A DNA stretch of 59,658 bases, from IMG/VR virus record IMGVR_UViG_3300027851_000001, positions 1-59,658 of that record; one strand, 5' to 3'. Shown here piece by piece: positions 36,397-45,710 of this stretch. The notes below the pieces were generated by a model. That model saw nothing but the letters and a program-made list of their open reading frames with translations, was not told where the DNA came from and made no database searches. Source of the DNA: a virus. Lineage: Duplodnaviria > Caudoviricetes. The position numbers and the translations under genes were made by a program. Position 1 is the first letter of the stretch; each line of letters opens with the position of its first letter.

Positions 36397-37194
36397 ATGG
36401 CTAAGACCGTTACCACCCCAATCACCCTCCGCGTCCCCATGGATGTGTTCGAGTCGCTGCAGAGACTGGCCACTTTGCGGGGCGTGTCGCCCAGCGCCGC
36501 TGCCCGAGAGGTGCTGCACCGCGCCATGATCGAGGGCCGCCTGCAGAGCTACGTCGACCCTGCAGCCACCTCAGCGGCTCCCGCCGCACCCACCAAGCCA
36601 GCACCTGTGCTGGACATGAGCCCGGAGGCAGTAGCCCTGCGTGCAAAGCTCGACGCACTGTTCGACGGTGCCGACGAACCCGCTGCACCAGCCCCTGCGC
36701 ACACTGCGAGCACCCCTGCACCCGCGTCGCCACCCGCCAACCCGCGCGACTGGCTGTTACTTGACGGCAGCGAGCCGGACCCTGACACGCTGGAGCAGCT
36801 GGTGTTCTGCTTCGACACACCGGAGAAGTTCGCGGCGCACAACGCACGCGAGCGCAAGCGCCTGGAGCAGGAGCGCATAAAAGCAACCATCCTCACCCCC
36901 GAGCAGACCATGGCACGCATTGCCGAGGGCATGGCGGCCGTGCGGGCACAACCCGGCCACGGCTACATCGAGCCTTACGTCCGCGTGGACCACGCCCCCA
37001 AGCGGGAGCCCCTCACCGCAGCCAACTCCGCCGAACTTCCCGAGGCCGGCACCCCCGCATGGATAGCCATGGCGGAACGTCAAGGGCTCCCGCCTGAAGC
37101 CATCGCCGAGGTGGTTGCAGCCACGCAGCCGAGCCCTGCACCCGAGGCCAAGGTGGTGTCGGGCTCCTTCGACTTCGACGCCTGGGGGGATTGA
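36397..37194 (+). CDS. Protein with an N-terminal ribbon-helix-helix DNA-binding domain
   Basis: PITLRVPMDVFESLQRLATLRGVSPSAAAREVLHRAM (CopG/Arc-like); AGGAG RBS. Confidence 0.65.
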   Translation: MAKTVTTPITLRVPMDVFESLQRLATLRGVSPSAAAREVLHRAMIEGRLQSYVDPAATSAAPAAPTKPAPVLDMSPEAVALRAKLDALFDGADEPAAPAPAHTASTPAPASPPANPRDWLLLDGSEPDPDTLEQLVFCFDTPEKFAAHNARERKRLEQERIKATILTPEQTMARIAEGMAAVRAQPGHGYIEPYVRVDHAPKREPLTAANSAELPEAGTPAWIAMAERQGLPPEAIAEVVAATQPSPAPEAKVVSGSFDFDAWGD

Positions 37195-37421
37195 TGGACA
37201 CCGACACCGAACGGGTTGTGCTTCTGGCACAGATCGCGCTGGAGGGCGTCACCCTGAGCCCGGAGGTGCAGGACGCGTGCAGCACCGCGACGCTGCGGGC
37301 CATCCTCGACGTAGCAGTGCGCAGGAGCGCCCGAGGGCTTGAACCTATGCAGTATGTTGCGCGGACTACAGGGCTAAAGCCGCGCGTGTACCCGGCGTAT
37401 GGAGCCCTGCCGTGCCCATAG
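37194..37421 (+). CDS. Hypothetical protein, paralog of 37412..37648
   Basis: Shared LLAQIALEGV motif. Confidence 0.6.
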   Translation: MDTDTERVVLLAQIALEGVTLSPEVQDACSTATLRAILDVAVRRSARGLEPMQYVARTTGLKPRVYPAYGALPCP

Positions 37422-37648
37422 CACCCGACGAAACCCGCCTCACCTTGCTGGCGCAGATCGCGCTGGAGGGCGTGCGGATGACACCGGAAGCGCAGGAGCT
37501 GGCGAGCATGGAACGGCTGGAAACCATCCTAGATGCAGCGAGGTACAGGAGCCGGTACAACCGGGCGCAGGCCGAGTACGGCGTAGAGCGCAATGCGGAC
37601 GGCACTGGCCCAATCGTTGTGGGCGTAGCCAAGTTTCCCACGACTTGA
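37412..37648 (+). CDS. Hypothetical protein, paralog of 37194..37421
   Basis: Shared LLAQIALEGV motif; GGAG before the GTG start. Confidence 0.6.
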   Translation: MPIAPDETRLTLLAQIALEGVRMTPEAQELASMERLETILDAARYRSRYNRAQAEYGVERNADGTGPIVVGVAKFPTT

Positions 37649-37673
37649 CACGTACACCACATAGTGGTACAAT
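37645..37673 (+). promoter_or_regulatory. Strong sigma70 promoter, copy 1
   Basis: TTGACA-CGTACACCACATAGTGG-TACAAT. Confidence 0.85.
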
Positions 37674-37769
37674 GTAGTCTGTGTAGGGGAAGAACGCCTG
37701 AACGATGGCGCCCCTGCACAGTTACCCTAATCCCGTGGGATTAACTTGTTCACTTATTGGAGAATCACA

Positions 37770-37952
37770 ATGGCCCACATCGCCTACCTCATCCGCGAGA
37801 CTCTGACGTTCGCCTACCTCTGCGGGCTCTATGAGTGCCTGCGCTACGGCAACGAGTCTGGCCGCACACACCGCTTCAACCAAGACTGGAACGAGGCGTA
37901 CGACACGGGTATGAACCACGCGGACTGGCTGTGCCGTCGCAGCACCTACTAA
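37770..37952 (+). CDS. Early hypothetical protein
   Basis: Leader plus GGAG; the stop codon is the TAA of a palindrome. Confidence 0.6.
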   Translation: MAHIAYLIRETLTFAYLCGLYECLRYGNESGRTHRFNQDWNEAYDTGMNHADWLCRRSTY

Positions 37953-37996
37953 TCCCACGGGATTAGGGGTCCACTACTCATTCACTGGAGATTCTC

Positions 37997-38251
37997 ATGG
38001 CCAAAGCCAAACGCACCTGCGCGTTCACCCCCGACGACATTCGGCAAATGCTGCCCGTAATAACCAAAGATGGGGCGTTCACACGATCGGATTTAATCCT
38101 CCTCTACACCGTCGTCACCTCCCGCATCGCCATGCTGGCCCTGAACCCGGACCTGCCGGAAGATGCCGCGTACAGGCAGTCCTTGGTGCACCTGTCCCTG
38201 CGCATCGAGAACATGGTGTACGACATGGACACACCGCGAGGTGCCGCATGA
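37997..38251 (+). CDS. Early hypothetical protein
   Basis: Leader plus GGAG. Confidence 0.6.
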   Translation: MAKAKRTCAFTPDDIRQMLPVITKDGAFTRSDLILLYTVVTSRIAMLALNPDLPEDAAYRQSLVHLSLRIENMVYDMDTPRGAA

Positions 38252-38610
38252 GCACCGGGCTCCCACTTCCACTGTCCATCGCCGACTTGCCCGTGGGCGC
38301 CACGTTCACCCACAAGGGTGTGGAGTACCGAAAGGTGTTCAACAAGGGTGTCGTGGACGCTGCCATCATCATGGCCGCGCGGCACCCGGACCACGAAGGC
38401 GTGTTCCCACTTGGTGGGCAGCTGGGTGCGCCGCCGTCACTGAGCATCTGCGCAGAGTGCCCCGCGAGTGGGTCCAATAACCACCGCCGGATGTGCTCGG
38501 ATGTGTACACCACGGTCCCGTGCCACACGCCTGACCAGCGCGGCTCCATGCTGATCCTCACCGTGGATACCGCCTACGAAATGGCCTTGGCCGGGTGCGT
38601 GTCATGGTAG
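38248..38610 (+). CDS. Early hypothetical protein (Cys motifs)
   Basis: ATGA overlap; GAGG RBS. Confidence 0.55.
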   Translation: MSTGLPLPLSIADLPVGATFTHKGVEYRKVFNKGVVDAAIIMAARHPDHEGVFPLGGQLGAPPSLSICAECPASGSNNHRRMCSDVYTTVPCHTPDQRGSMLILTVDTAYEMALAGCVSW

Positions 38611-38694
38611 CAACGGCCCACCACAACTAATCCCGTGGGATTACCGGGTTCCCACACACCCGTACCCGGCGCACTTGTTTACTGGAGAATTCAC

Positions 38695-38922
38695 ATGGCC
38701 AAACCCCCTGTCAAAATCACCGCCCCCACGGCGTACCACGGTTTCATCCTTCGCCCTCGCAAAGACGGTGGCATGGACCTGATCGACCCCGAGACCCACC
38801 GCTGGGCAGCCTTCCCGACGCAACGGTATGCGAAATGGAGCGCTACGCTCTTGACCAACATGGCCACCCGGTTCGGCGCATCGGCACCACTGAAAACCCT
38901 GCCTATTGTGGATGCACCATGA
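38695..38922 (+). CDS. Early hypothetical protein
   Basis: CACTTGTTTACTGGAG leader. Confidence 0.6.
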   Translation: MAKPPVKITAPTAYHGFILRPRKDGGMDLIDPETHRWAAFPTQRYAKWSATLLTNMATRFGASAPLKTLPIVDAP

Positions 38923-39137
38923 AAGCCACTGACCGCCCCCCACTGCCCCTGGGCAACGCCGAGTACCTGTCGTGGTACGCACTGAAGCAAGCCGCCCGCG
39001 CCGATGGACTGGATGACACCGGCTACTGCCTCGACGCCCCATGCCGCATCCCATGCGGCTGCCACGCTAACGAGTACACACTGCCCCGCACCGCCCCCAC
39101 GGTCGACCGGGAGCCCGGAGCAAGGGTGCACGCATGA
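38919..39137 (+). CDS. Early hypothetical protein
   Basis: ATGA coupling. Confidence 0.5.
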   Translation: MKATDRPPLPLGNAEYLSWYALKQAARADGLDDTGYCLDAPCRIPCGCHANEYTLPRTAPTVDREPGARVHA

Positions 39138-39310
39138 ACCCGCTCACCCGCGAGTACCTGCTGCTGTGGCTGCGCATCCGTGCCGCCTACTGGCGCTGGG
39201 TGCTGGACAACATCGACCCGTGCCACGAGGATGTGCCGCTCGTGATGCGCACCGCGTGGACCATCAACGACAGGATTGACGCCCTAGAACGGGCAAGGGG
39301 TACGACATGA
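39134..39310 (+). CDS. Early hypothetical protein (58 aa)
   Basis: ATGA coupling on both sides; MNPLTREYLLLWLRIRAAYW. Confidence 0.5.
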   Translation: MNPLTREYLLLWLRIRAAYWRWVLDNIDPCHEDVPLVMRTAWTINDRIDALERARGTT

Positions 39311-39552
39311 GCACCAACACCCACACCCACACCATCTGCATCGACGTCAAGGTGCACGACATTACCAAGCTCTACGACGCCGCGTGCTTGCGGTACCGGG
39401 AGGAGAACACCGAAGCCGACCGCGACGAGGTATGCGACATGCTGGGCGACGGGCCCCCGGGCTACGTCGATGTGACCGCGTGCCTGATCATGCTGCTGGA
39501 CCCGGGCACGCTGCCGGGCTGCGCCATCCTTGAGAGTCGAGGTGCAACATGA
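39307..39552 (+). CDS. Early hypothetical protein
   Basis: ATGA coupling. Confidence 0.55.
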   Translation: MSTNTHTHTICIDVKVHDITKLYDAACLRYREENTEADRDEVCDMLGDGPPGYVDVTACLIMLLDPGTLPGCAILESRGAT

Positions 39553-39650
39553 CCTCCGACGACTTCATCATCATTTCGCTCGGCTTCGCTGCCGCGCTCT
39601 GGTTCCTGTGGGACGCGTACTGCCGGACCCCACCCGACGATAAGGAGTAG
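39549..39650 (+). CDS. 33-aa membrane peptide
   Basis: MTSDDFIIISLGFAAALWFLWDAYC; GAGG RBS. Confidence 0.45.
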   Translation: MTSDDFIIISLGFAAALWFLWDAYCRTPPDDKE

Positions 39651-39654
39651 CACC

Positions 39655-40089
39655 ATGACCATACCCACCCTGCACACTTTTGCTGCCTGGGCACACCTGC
39701 CCAATGCGCGCACTGCAGCCATGCTGATCAACCACGCGTCGACACACATCCCCCTGTGGGAAGCGGCGTGGTACGAGGCCCGAGGGATGACCACCTACAC
39801 GCGGCTCACGCTCGCCTGGGATGCGGCGTGGCACGTCCACCGCGCCGACAACGCCAACGACGCAGCCCGCGCTGCACTGCGTGACTCCCGCTGGGACGTG
39901 CCCAGTGCCCTGGTGCGAGACGCCCTGCGTGGCCCCTGTGCCGCACTGACCACGTGGGAGCACTGCGCAGCGTACCTGACACGGCCGCACCGGGAACTTG
40001 TCACTATGGCCGACGCCGGGGACCACGCTGCCGCGCTTCTGATACCTGCCGTGCTGGCCGCCGAAGCCGCTCGCCGGGCGAAGGAGTAA
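39655..40089 (+). CDS. Early hypothetical protein
   Basis: AAGGAG RBS; the stop is a palindrome TAA. Confidence 0.6.
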   Translation: MTIPTLHTFAAWAHLPNARTAAMLINHASTHIPLWEAAWYEARGMTTYTRLTLAWDAAWHVHRADNANDAARAALRDSRWDVPSALVRDALRGPCAALTTWEHCAAYLTRPHRELVTMADAGDHAAALLIPAVLAAEAARRAKE

Positions 40090-40301
40090 TCCCATGGGAT
40101 TAAAAGCTGCTGATCTTCACACCTTCAACGACCCCCACCGGGGCCTGCTTGCTTTCATCATCTCCACCCGCGACGGTCACCCCACCGGTGTGCTGTACGC
40201 GGGCTCCACCAAAGCGGCGCAACACCGGGCGCAAGCCCTCGCCGGCCGCGGCGCCACTGCTTCCCTGACCCACACCACTCACTCATTTACTGGAGAACAC
40301 C

Positions 40302-40961
40302 ATGGCTATGAACCAAGAAAATCCCCTCGCCCCCATCCCCGAGGGCGCCTGCACCGATGACCCCGTGGAGTTCGTCTACAAAGGCCGCCGCTTCCGTGTG
40401 GAGTTGCAGTTCGACGACGACGCCGGGCCGCCGCAGAATGAGTGCGGTGGGCATGGTGTTATAACCCACCAATCCGAGACGTGGGCGCACCGGCACAGTG
40501 GAGACCCGGACGACATGGAACTGGCGTCTGATCTGCACGCGCTGGAGGATATTGACGACGAGGACTTGGCCGCTGCGTCGCTGATGCGTGAACTCACCTG
40601 CGGGTGCCCGAGTTACGATCGGTTGTGGTACGACGTCCTTCGAACCCTGCAGAAAGCCGAGGCCGAAGGCTGGGGCATGGACGCTGCGTGGCACGCCGAG
40701 CACCCTGGCGCCACCCCGGCGGAGATCCGCATGGCCGCGGTCGAGAAGGACTTCGCGTACCTGCAGGGCTGGTACGACGACGACTGGTGCTACGTCGGTG
40801 TGGTGGTGACACTGTTGGACGCCGAGGAAGATGGCGACGACGCGGAGATTGATGAAACCTCCTGCTGGCGCTTTGAATCCACCGACACCGAGGGGCAGAA
40901 CGAGTACGTCCGTGACGCCGTGGAAGAATTACTGTCATCGAACGGCGGAGCCTTGGTTTGA
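40302..40961 (+). CDS. Acidic hypothetical protein
   Basis: Leader plus GGAG; YLQGWYDDDWCYVGVVVTL. Confidence 0.7.
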   Translation: MAMNQENPLAPIPEGACTDDPVEFVYKGRRFRVELQFDDDAGPPQNECGGHGVITHQSETWAHRHSGDPDDMELASDLHALEDIDDEDLAAASLMRELTCGCPSYDRLWYDVLRTLQKAEAEGWGMDAAWHAEHPGATPAEIRMAAVEKDFAYLQGWYDDDWCYVGVVVTLLDAEEDGDDAEIDETSCWRFESTDTEGQNEYVRDAVEELLSSNGGALV

Positions 40962-40986
40962 CACGTACACCACATAGTGGTATAAT
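40958..40986 (+). promoter_or_regulatory. Consensus sigma70 promoter, copy 2
   Basis: TTGACA-CGTACACCACATAGTGG-TATAAT. Confidence 0.9.
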
Positions 40987-41079
40987 ACAGGCTATGTAGG
41001 GGAGATGTGCTCCCACGCAGCTGACCCACCCCACGCTAATCCCGTGGGATTAACTTATTCACTTATTCAGGAGAATGCA

Positions 41080-41955
41080 ATGAGCATCAAAGATCACGCC
41101 TTGTTGGTGTCGCTTAACGTCGGTAAGCCGCAGTTGACGGCAAAAGACGCCAAGGCAACCTTCGACGCCGAGCTGGCCAACAACGCCTCGGGCGCGGGCC
41201 AGTACCGCAAGGACCTCTACCCCAAGTCGCTGGTGGCGCCCATCCTGGCCGTCGAATCCGCGGCCCGGGCCTACATCGAGAACACCACGTACCCGTGGAA
41301 CCGTGGCGAGAACCTGCTGCCGGTGACGCGCTTCATGGAGTTCACCGACCGCATCGGCAAATACCAGATCGAGTTCGATCAGGCCGTAACCGCGTTCCTC
41401 AACAACTGGACCGGCGTCATGGCACAGGCCCAGCAGCAGCAGGGCACCATGTTCGACCCGGGGTCCTACCCCGACGTGTCGGACCTGCGCAGCGACTTCC
41501 GCTTCCGCATCGCCTACCGCCCGGTGACGGACGCCGGCGACTTCCGCGTGCAACTGCAGGAGGACGACCTGAACACCGTGCGCGCCGCTGTCGAGGAGCA
41601 GGTGCGGGAGAGCACGAACGAGATGCTGCGAGCGCCGCTGGAGCGGCTGCGCAGCGTAGTCGCCCGGCTGCATGAAGTCGCCGGCAAGACCGACCGCGTG
41701 GTCGACGGGTCCAAGGGTGTGCAGGTGAAAGCCCCCATCTTCCGCGACTCCGTGGTGGAGAACATCTCCGAGGAAATCGCCCTGTTGCACGACTTCGCCG
41801 ACATGCTGCCCGACACCCACTTGGCGCTGGCCAAACAGGTGGCCGACGCACTGCCGCACCCGCAGCAACTGCGTGACGACCCGGTGCAGCGCAGCGAGAC
41901 CCGCAAGAACATGGGCGACCTGCTGGCACAGATCAACGGCATGTTGGGGGAATGA
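41080..41955 (+). CDS. DUF3150-like protein associated with the AAA/VWA module
   Basis: Helical 291 aa; FDPGSYPDVSDLRSDFRF pattern; gene context. Confidence 0.55.
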   Translation: MSIKDHALLVSLNVGKPQLTAKDAKATFDAELANNASGAGQYRKDLYPKSLVAPILAVESAARAYIENTTYPWNRGENLLPVTRFMEFTDRIGKYQIEFDQAVTAFLNNWTGVMAQAQQQQGTMFDPGSYPDVSDLRSDFRFRIAYRPVTDAGDFRVQLQEDDLNTVRAAVEEQVRESTNEMLRAPLERLRSVVARLHEVAGKTDRVVDGSKGVQVKAPIFRDSVVENISEEIALLHDFADMLPDTHLALAKQVADALPHPQQLRDDPVQRSETRKNMGDLLAQINGMLGE

Positions 41956-42206
41956 GCATGGATGCACCAACCCCCGCCAATGTTGTCGTAGCCATCAACG
42001 CCTCGGCCTTGTTGCTCACTGAGCCGGACGCTGTGGCTCTGGCCATGTTGATCCTCAAGTCACGCCACGTCGAACGCGACTGGTCCAACTCGGCGAGCAG
42101 CACCTGCAGGTGGAAGTACCGCGCGTCCGCCGAGGGCGGGGCCACTGTGGAGCTGTCGATGATGTCCCCAGCCCAGCTTGCCGAGCTGGCCCTGAAAGAA
42201 ACCTAA
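41952..42206 (+). CDS. Hypothetical protein
   Basis: ATGA overlap; the stop is a palindrome TAA. Confidence 0.55.
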   Translation: MSMDAPTPANVVVAINASALLLTEPDAVALAMLILKSRHVERDWSNSASSTCRWKYRASAEGGATVELSMMSPAQLAELALKET

Positions 42207-42419
42207 TCCCACGGGATTAGCACCCAGGAGAACCACCATGTTCATCATCGCCGCGGCGCTGCTCGCCATCTCCATGCAGCACTACAACGACACACGCCCC
42301 TACGTGTTTGTCCCCGAGCCCTACGTCTGCTACGATCGCTGCGCGTAAAGCAGCGCAAAGCATAACCGGCGCCACAGCGGTCCTGTGGCACAACCCTACG
42401 TAATCACTGGAGCATCATC

Positions 42420-43430
42420 GTGAGAATCAGCCATATCACCCCCGTCATCGTCAAGCGCTATCTCGACAAGCAGACCCGTGCCCGCACGCTGTTCCTCAAG
42501 GGCAAGTCCGGCATCGGCAAGTCCGAAGTCGTGTTCCAGGCTTCCGAACTGCTGTCCCAGCATGTTGACAACTGGAAGGGCGTCGTTGACCTGCGCCTCG
42601 CCCAGATGGACCCGACCGACCTGCGCGGCATTCCGCACGTCACCGACGAGGGCCGCACCGCGTGGGCCCGGCCTGACTTCATCCCCAGCGAGGGCGCCGG
42701 CATCATCTTCTGCGACGAGATCACCTCGGCCCCGCCCGCTGTGCAGGCGTCGGCCTACCAGCTGTGCCTGACCCCCTGGGACTTCGGCATCCCGCGTGAG
42801 TGGATGGTGATCGCGGCTGGCAACCGCAAGAGCGACCGTGGTGTGACGTTCAATATCGCCGCACCCCTGCAGAACCGCCTGTGCGACATCGAGGTGGTAT
42901 CCACGCTGGACGACTTCACCAACTACGCCATCACGGCCGGCATCCGCCCCGAGATACTGTCATTCTTGCGGGACCGCCCGGACTTCCTGCACAAGTTCGA
43001 CCACAAGGCCGAGCCCGGCCCGTTCTCCTCGCCACGTTCGTGGTTCGCTGTCAGCGGCACGCTGGGCCTCGACCTGCCGCAGGCTGACCGCCTGGAGATG
43101 ATCCGCGGTGACGTCGGCGAGGAAGCCGCCGTCTCGTTCGAGACCCACCTGCGCGTCTGGGAGTCGATGCCCCGCATCGACGACATCTTGGAGGGCAAGC
43201 CGGTGGAGCTGCCCAAGGACCTGTCGGTGCGCTACTGCGTGGCCATGGGCTTGGCGACCCGCCTCGACAAGGACAACTTCGGCAAGGCGTGGCCGTTCAT
43301 GGAGAAGATGCCCGGCGACATCCAGACGCTGACCATCAAGCTGGCCTACACCCGGGACCGCACGCTGACCACGTGCTCGGCGTTTGCAAAGTGGGCTGTG
43401 GCGAACGCAAATGCGTTTTCCGCACGGTGA
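42420..43430 (+). CDS. MoxR-like AAA+ ATPase
   Basis: GKSGIGKS Walker A, IIFCDE Walker B, AAGN sensor, PLQNR finger, SPRSW. Confidence 0.9.
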   Translation: MRISHITPVIVKRYLDKQTRARTLFLKGKSGIGKSEVVFQASELLSQHVDNWKGVVDLRLAQMDPTDLRGIPHVTDEGRTAWARPDFIPSEGAGIIFCDEITSAPPAVQASAYQLCLTPWDFGIPREWMVIAAGNRKSDRGVTFNIAAPLQNRLCDIEVVSTLDDFTNYAITAGIRPEILSFLRDRPDFLHKFDHKAEPGPFSSPRSWFAVSGTLGLDLPQADRLEMIRGDVGEEAAVSFETHLRVWESMPRIDDILEGKPVELPKDLSVRYCVAMGLATRLDKDNFGKAWPFMEKMPGDIQTLTIKLAYTRDRTLTTCSAFAKWAVANANAFSAR

Positions 43431-43735
43431 TGGAACCGCTGCGCTGGCAGACGGAGACACCCGGGGTTTGGTTAGCCCTGACCCCGGGGAAACTGTACCG
43501 GGTGATGCCTACTCGCCGTGACCCCGCCGGGTCCAAGCTGTTGTACCGCTTCGCGGTGGTCCGCGCTGCCCGGGACGCTGGGGGGCTGCACAACCCGGCT
43601 ACGGGTACGTGGGTCGCTTCGCTGGTCGGCAAGATGCCGGCCGGCGCCACGGCCTTCGACATGCTCACCGAGCACGAGACGCTGGACGCGGCAAAGCTGC
43701 ATGTTGAGGCGTTATATGCCTTGGAAGGGGGATAG
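43430..43735 (+). CDS. Hypothetical protein
   Basis: TGATG coupling. Confidence 0.55.
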   Translation: MEPLRWQTETPGVWLALTPGKLYRVMPTRRDPAGSKLLYRFAVVRAARDAGGLHNPATGTWVASLVGKMPAGATAFDMLTEHETLDAAKLHVEALYALEGG

Positions 43736-43736
43736 C

Positions 43737-44159
43737 ATGGCAACGACCTATGACATGGATAAGCAGGTGACGTGCACCACCTGTCGAGGCGAGGGCACCA
43801 TCGACGAAACACTCGGTGGTGAACCGTTCAGCAATCGCTACGCGAAGTGTCCCGACTGCGATGGCCGTGGGCACGGCTTCGCCACTTCCCCCAACCGCGT
43901 GCAGCGCGTCGGCCCGCTGGAGGTGCTGCGCGAGGAGCTGGACGTGTACACCACATGGTCGGCTCGCCTTGCCAAGGACAAGCACGCCTACTACACATGG
44001 GTGCTGAGCCACAACCGGCGCGACGGCTACCTATTCGCCGGGTACCGGGACCGCAACAGGACCAATGGGAACATGCTCGTGGAGCCCGGTGAAGCCGAGA
44101 ACGTAGCCATGGCGTTGCTGGCACTGAACACTGATGCCCTCGTCGAACGCCTTCGCTAA
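43737..44159 (+). CDS. Protein with a DnaJ-type CxxCxGxG zinc finger
   Basis: CTTCRGEG and CPDCDGRG; the stop is a palindrome TAA. Confidence 0.6.
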   Translation: MATTYDMDKQVTCTTCRGEGTIDETLGGEPFSNRYAKCPDCDGRGHGFATSPNRVQRVGPLEVLREELDVYTTWSARLAKDKHAYYTWVLSHNRRDGYLFAGYRDRNRTNGNMLVEPGEAENVAMALLALNTDALVERLR

Positions 44160-44218
44160 TCCCACGGGATTAGATATACTCACCACTGTTACTTGTTCAC
44201 TTACTTCTGGAGACCTTC

Positions 44219-45373
44219 ATGTCCTCAAACCTCGACGACCGCATCGCGCTCGCCTACTCCAAAATGGGCCTGCGTGAGCCCTTCATCGCCGCTGTCATGG
44301 CCCGCGTCAAGCGCGAAGTCAGCGACACTGTGCCCACCGCCGGCACCAACGGATCGTGGGTTCGCTTCAACCCAACGTTTTGTTCCGCGCTCACCGACGA
44401 GCAGCTGTTCGGCGTCGCACTGCACGAGTCGCTGCACATCGTGTTCATGCACTCGTGGCGCCGTGAGGGCCGCGACCCCTCGCTGTGGAACGTGGCCAAC
44501 GATGCGCTGATCAACCAGTACATCCGCGAGCGCAACTACCAGCTGCCGGACGGCGTCGTGAACATCGGCTGGGTGACGGCCACCATGGATTCGGAGGCTG
44601 TGTACGAACGGCTGCGGCAAGAGCAGAAGCAACAGCAGGCAGGCGGCGGTGCCAAGGGCCAAGGGTCCGGCAAGGGCACACCCGATTTCGGCGCCGGTGG
44701 TTTCGACGGCACGGGTGATCTGGAGGACGCCGTGGACGAGGCTGGCCGCACAGACATGGAAGCCAGCATCCAGGCTGCTGCGTCGATGGCCAAGGCGTGT
44801 GGCCAGGGCAGCTCCATTGTCGACCGCGTGCTGGGCAGCGTCGCCAAGTCCGACGCGCCGTGGTACGAAGTCACCCGCAACATGCTGACCGAGAAGTCGG
44901 CCGCTGATTACACCTACCTGCGCCCCTCGCGCCGCCACATCGCCGCCGGCCTGTATCTGCCCTCGCTGCACAGCGAGGACCTGGGCGGGCTGATCATCGG
45001 CTTCGACACTTCGGGCTCCATGGGCCCGAAGGAGTGCGATCAGGTGGCGGCCGAGCTGCGCGCCATCGTCGACGACGTCAACCCCGCGTTTGTCGAGGTG
45101 GTGTACTGCGATTACGACGTCACCGCTGTGGAGCGTTTCGAGCGCGACGAGCCGCTGGACCTGCACCCCAAGGGTGGTGGCGGCACCCGATTCCAGCCCG
45201 TGTTCGAGCACGCTGCGCGGAGCGAAGACAACTACTGCGGCATGATCTTCTTCACCGACCTCGAAGGCAATCTCTCCGAGTGCGAGGAGCCCTCGTACCC
45301 CGTCATCTGGGCCGACATCGGCCGTTCACACCCCGAGGTGCCCTTCGGGCTTCGGGTGCAAGTTAATTTTTAA
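44219..45373 (+). CDS. Metallopeptidase-like (DUF2201) plus VWA domain protein
   Basis: LHESLHIV HExxH; DTSGS MIDAS, GGGGT, FFTDLEG. Confidence 0.85.
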   Translation: MSSNLDDRIALAYSKMGLREPFIAAVMARVKREVSDTVPTAGTNGSWVRFNPTFCSALTDEQLFGVALHESLHIVFMHSWRREGRDPSLWNVANDALINQYIRERNYQLPDGVVNIGWVTATMDSEAVYERLRQEQKQQQAGGGAKGQGSGKGTPDFGAGGFDGTGDLEDAVDEAGRTDMEASIQAAASMAKACGQGSSIVDRVLGSVAKSDAPWYEVTRNMLTEKSAADYTYLRPSRRHIAAGLYLPSLHSEDLGGLIIGFDTSGSMGPKECDQVAAELRAIVDDVNPAFVEVVYCDYDVTAVERFERDEPLDLHPKGGGGTRFQPVFEHAARSEDNYCGMIFFTDLEGNLSECEEPSYPVIWADIGRSHPEVPFGLRVQVNF

Positions 45374-45382
45374 GGGAACACC

Positions 45383-45700
45383 ATGAGCACCGACAACGAA
45401 ATTCTGTCCCGCCTGCGAGACCTTCAGGTGGCCACCCGCGACCTGCAGACCAAGGCCACCCGCGCCGAGACCAAACTGGTGCGGGGCTTCGAGGAACTGG
45501 GCGTCAACATCAGCACGGGCGACGACTGGCTGACCGTCGACGACATCGACCGCACGGTTACTGTCACGACTCTGGGGCGCAGCACCCTCGTAATGCTGAC
45601 CGACATGGCCCGCCGCGGCGCGACGCAGGTGGGCAAGGAATACACGATCCTGCACCGCGGCCGCGTGGCGGGGTCCGTGGTGTTCAACCCGACACGGTAA
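45383..45700 (+). CDS. Hypothetical protein
   Basis: AAGGG RBS; core-like codon usage. Confidence 0.65.
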   Translation: MSTDNEILSRLRDLQVATRDLQTKATRAETKLVRGFEELGVNISTGDDWLTVDDIDRTVTVTTLGRSTLVMLTDMARRGATQVGKEYTILHRGRVAGSVVFNPTR

Positions 45701-45710
45701 GGAGAACGAT

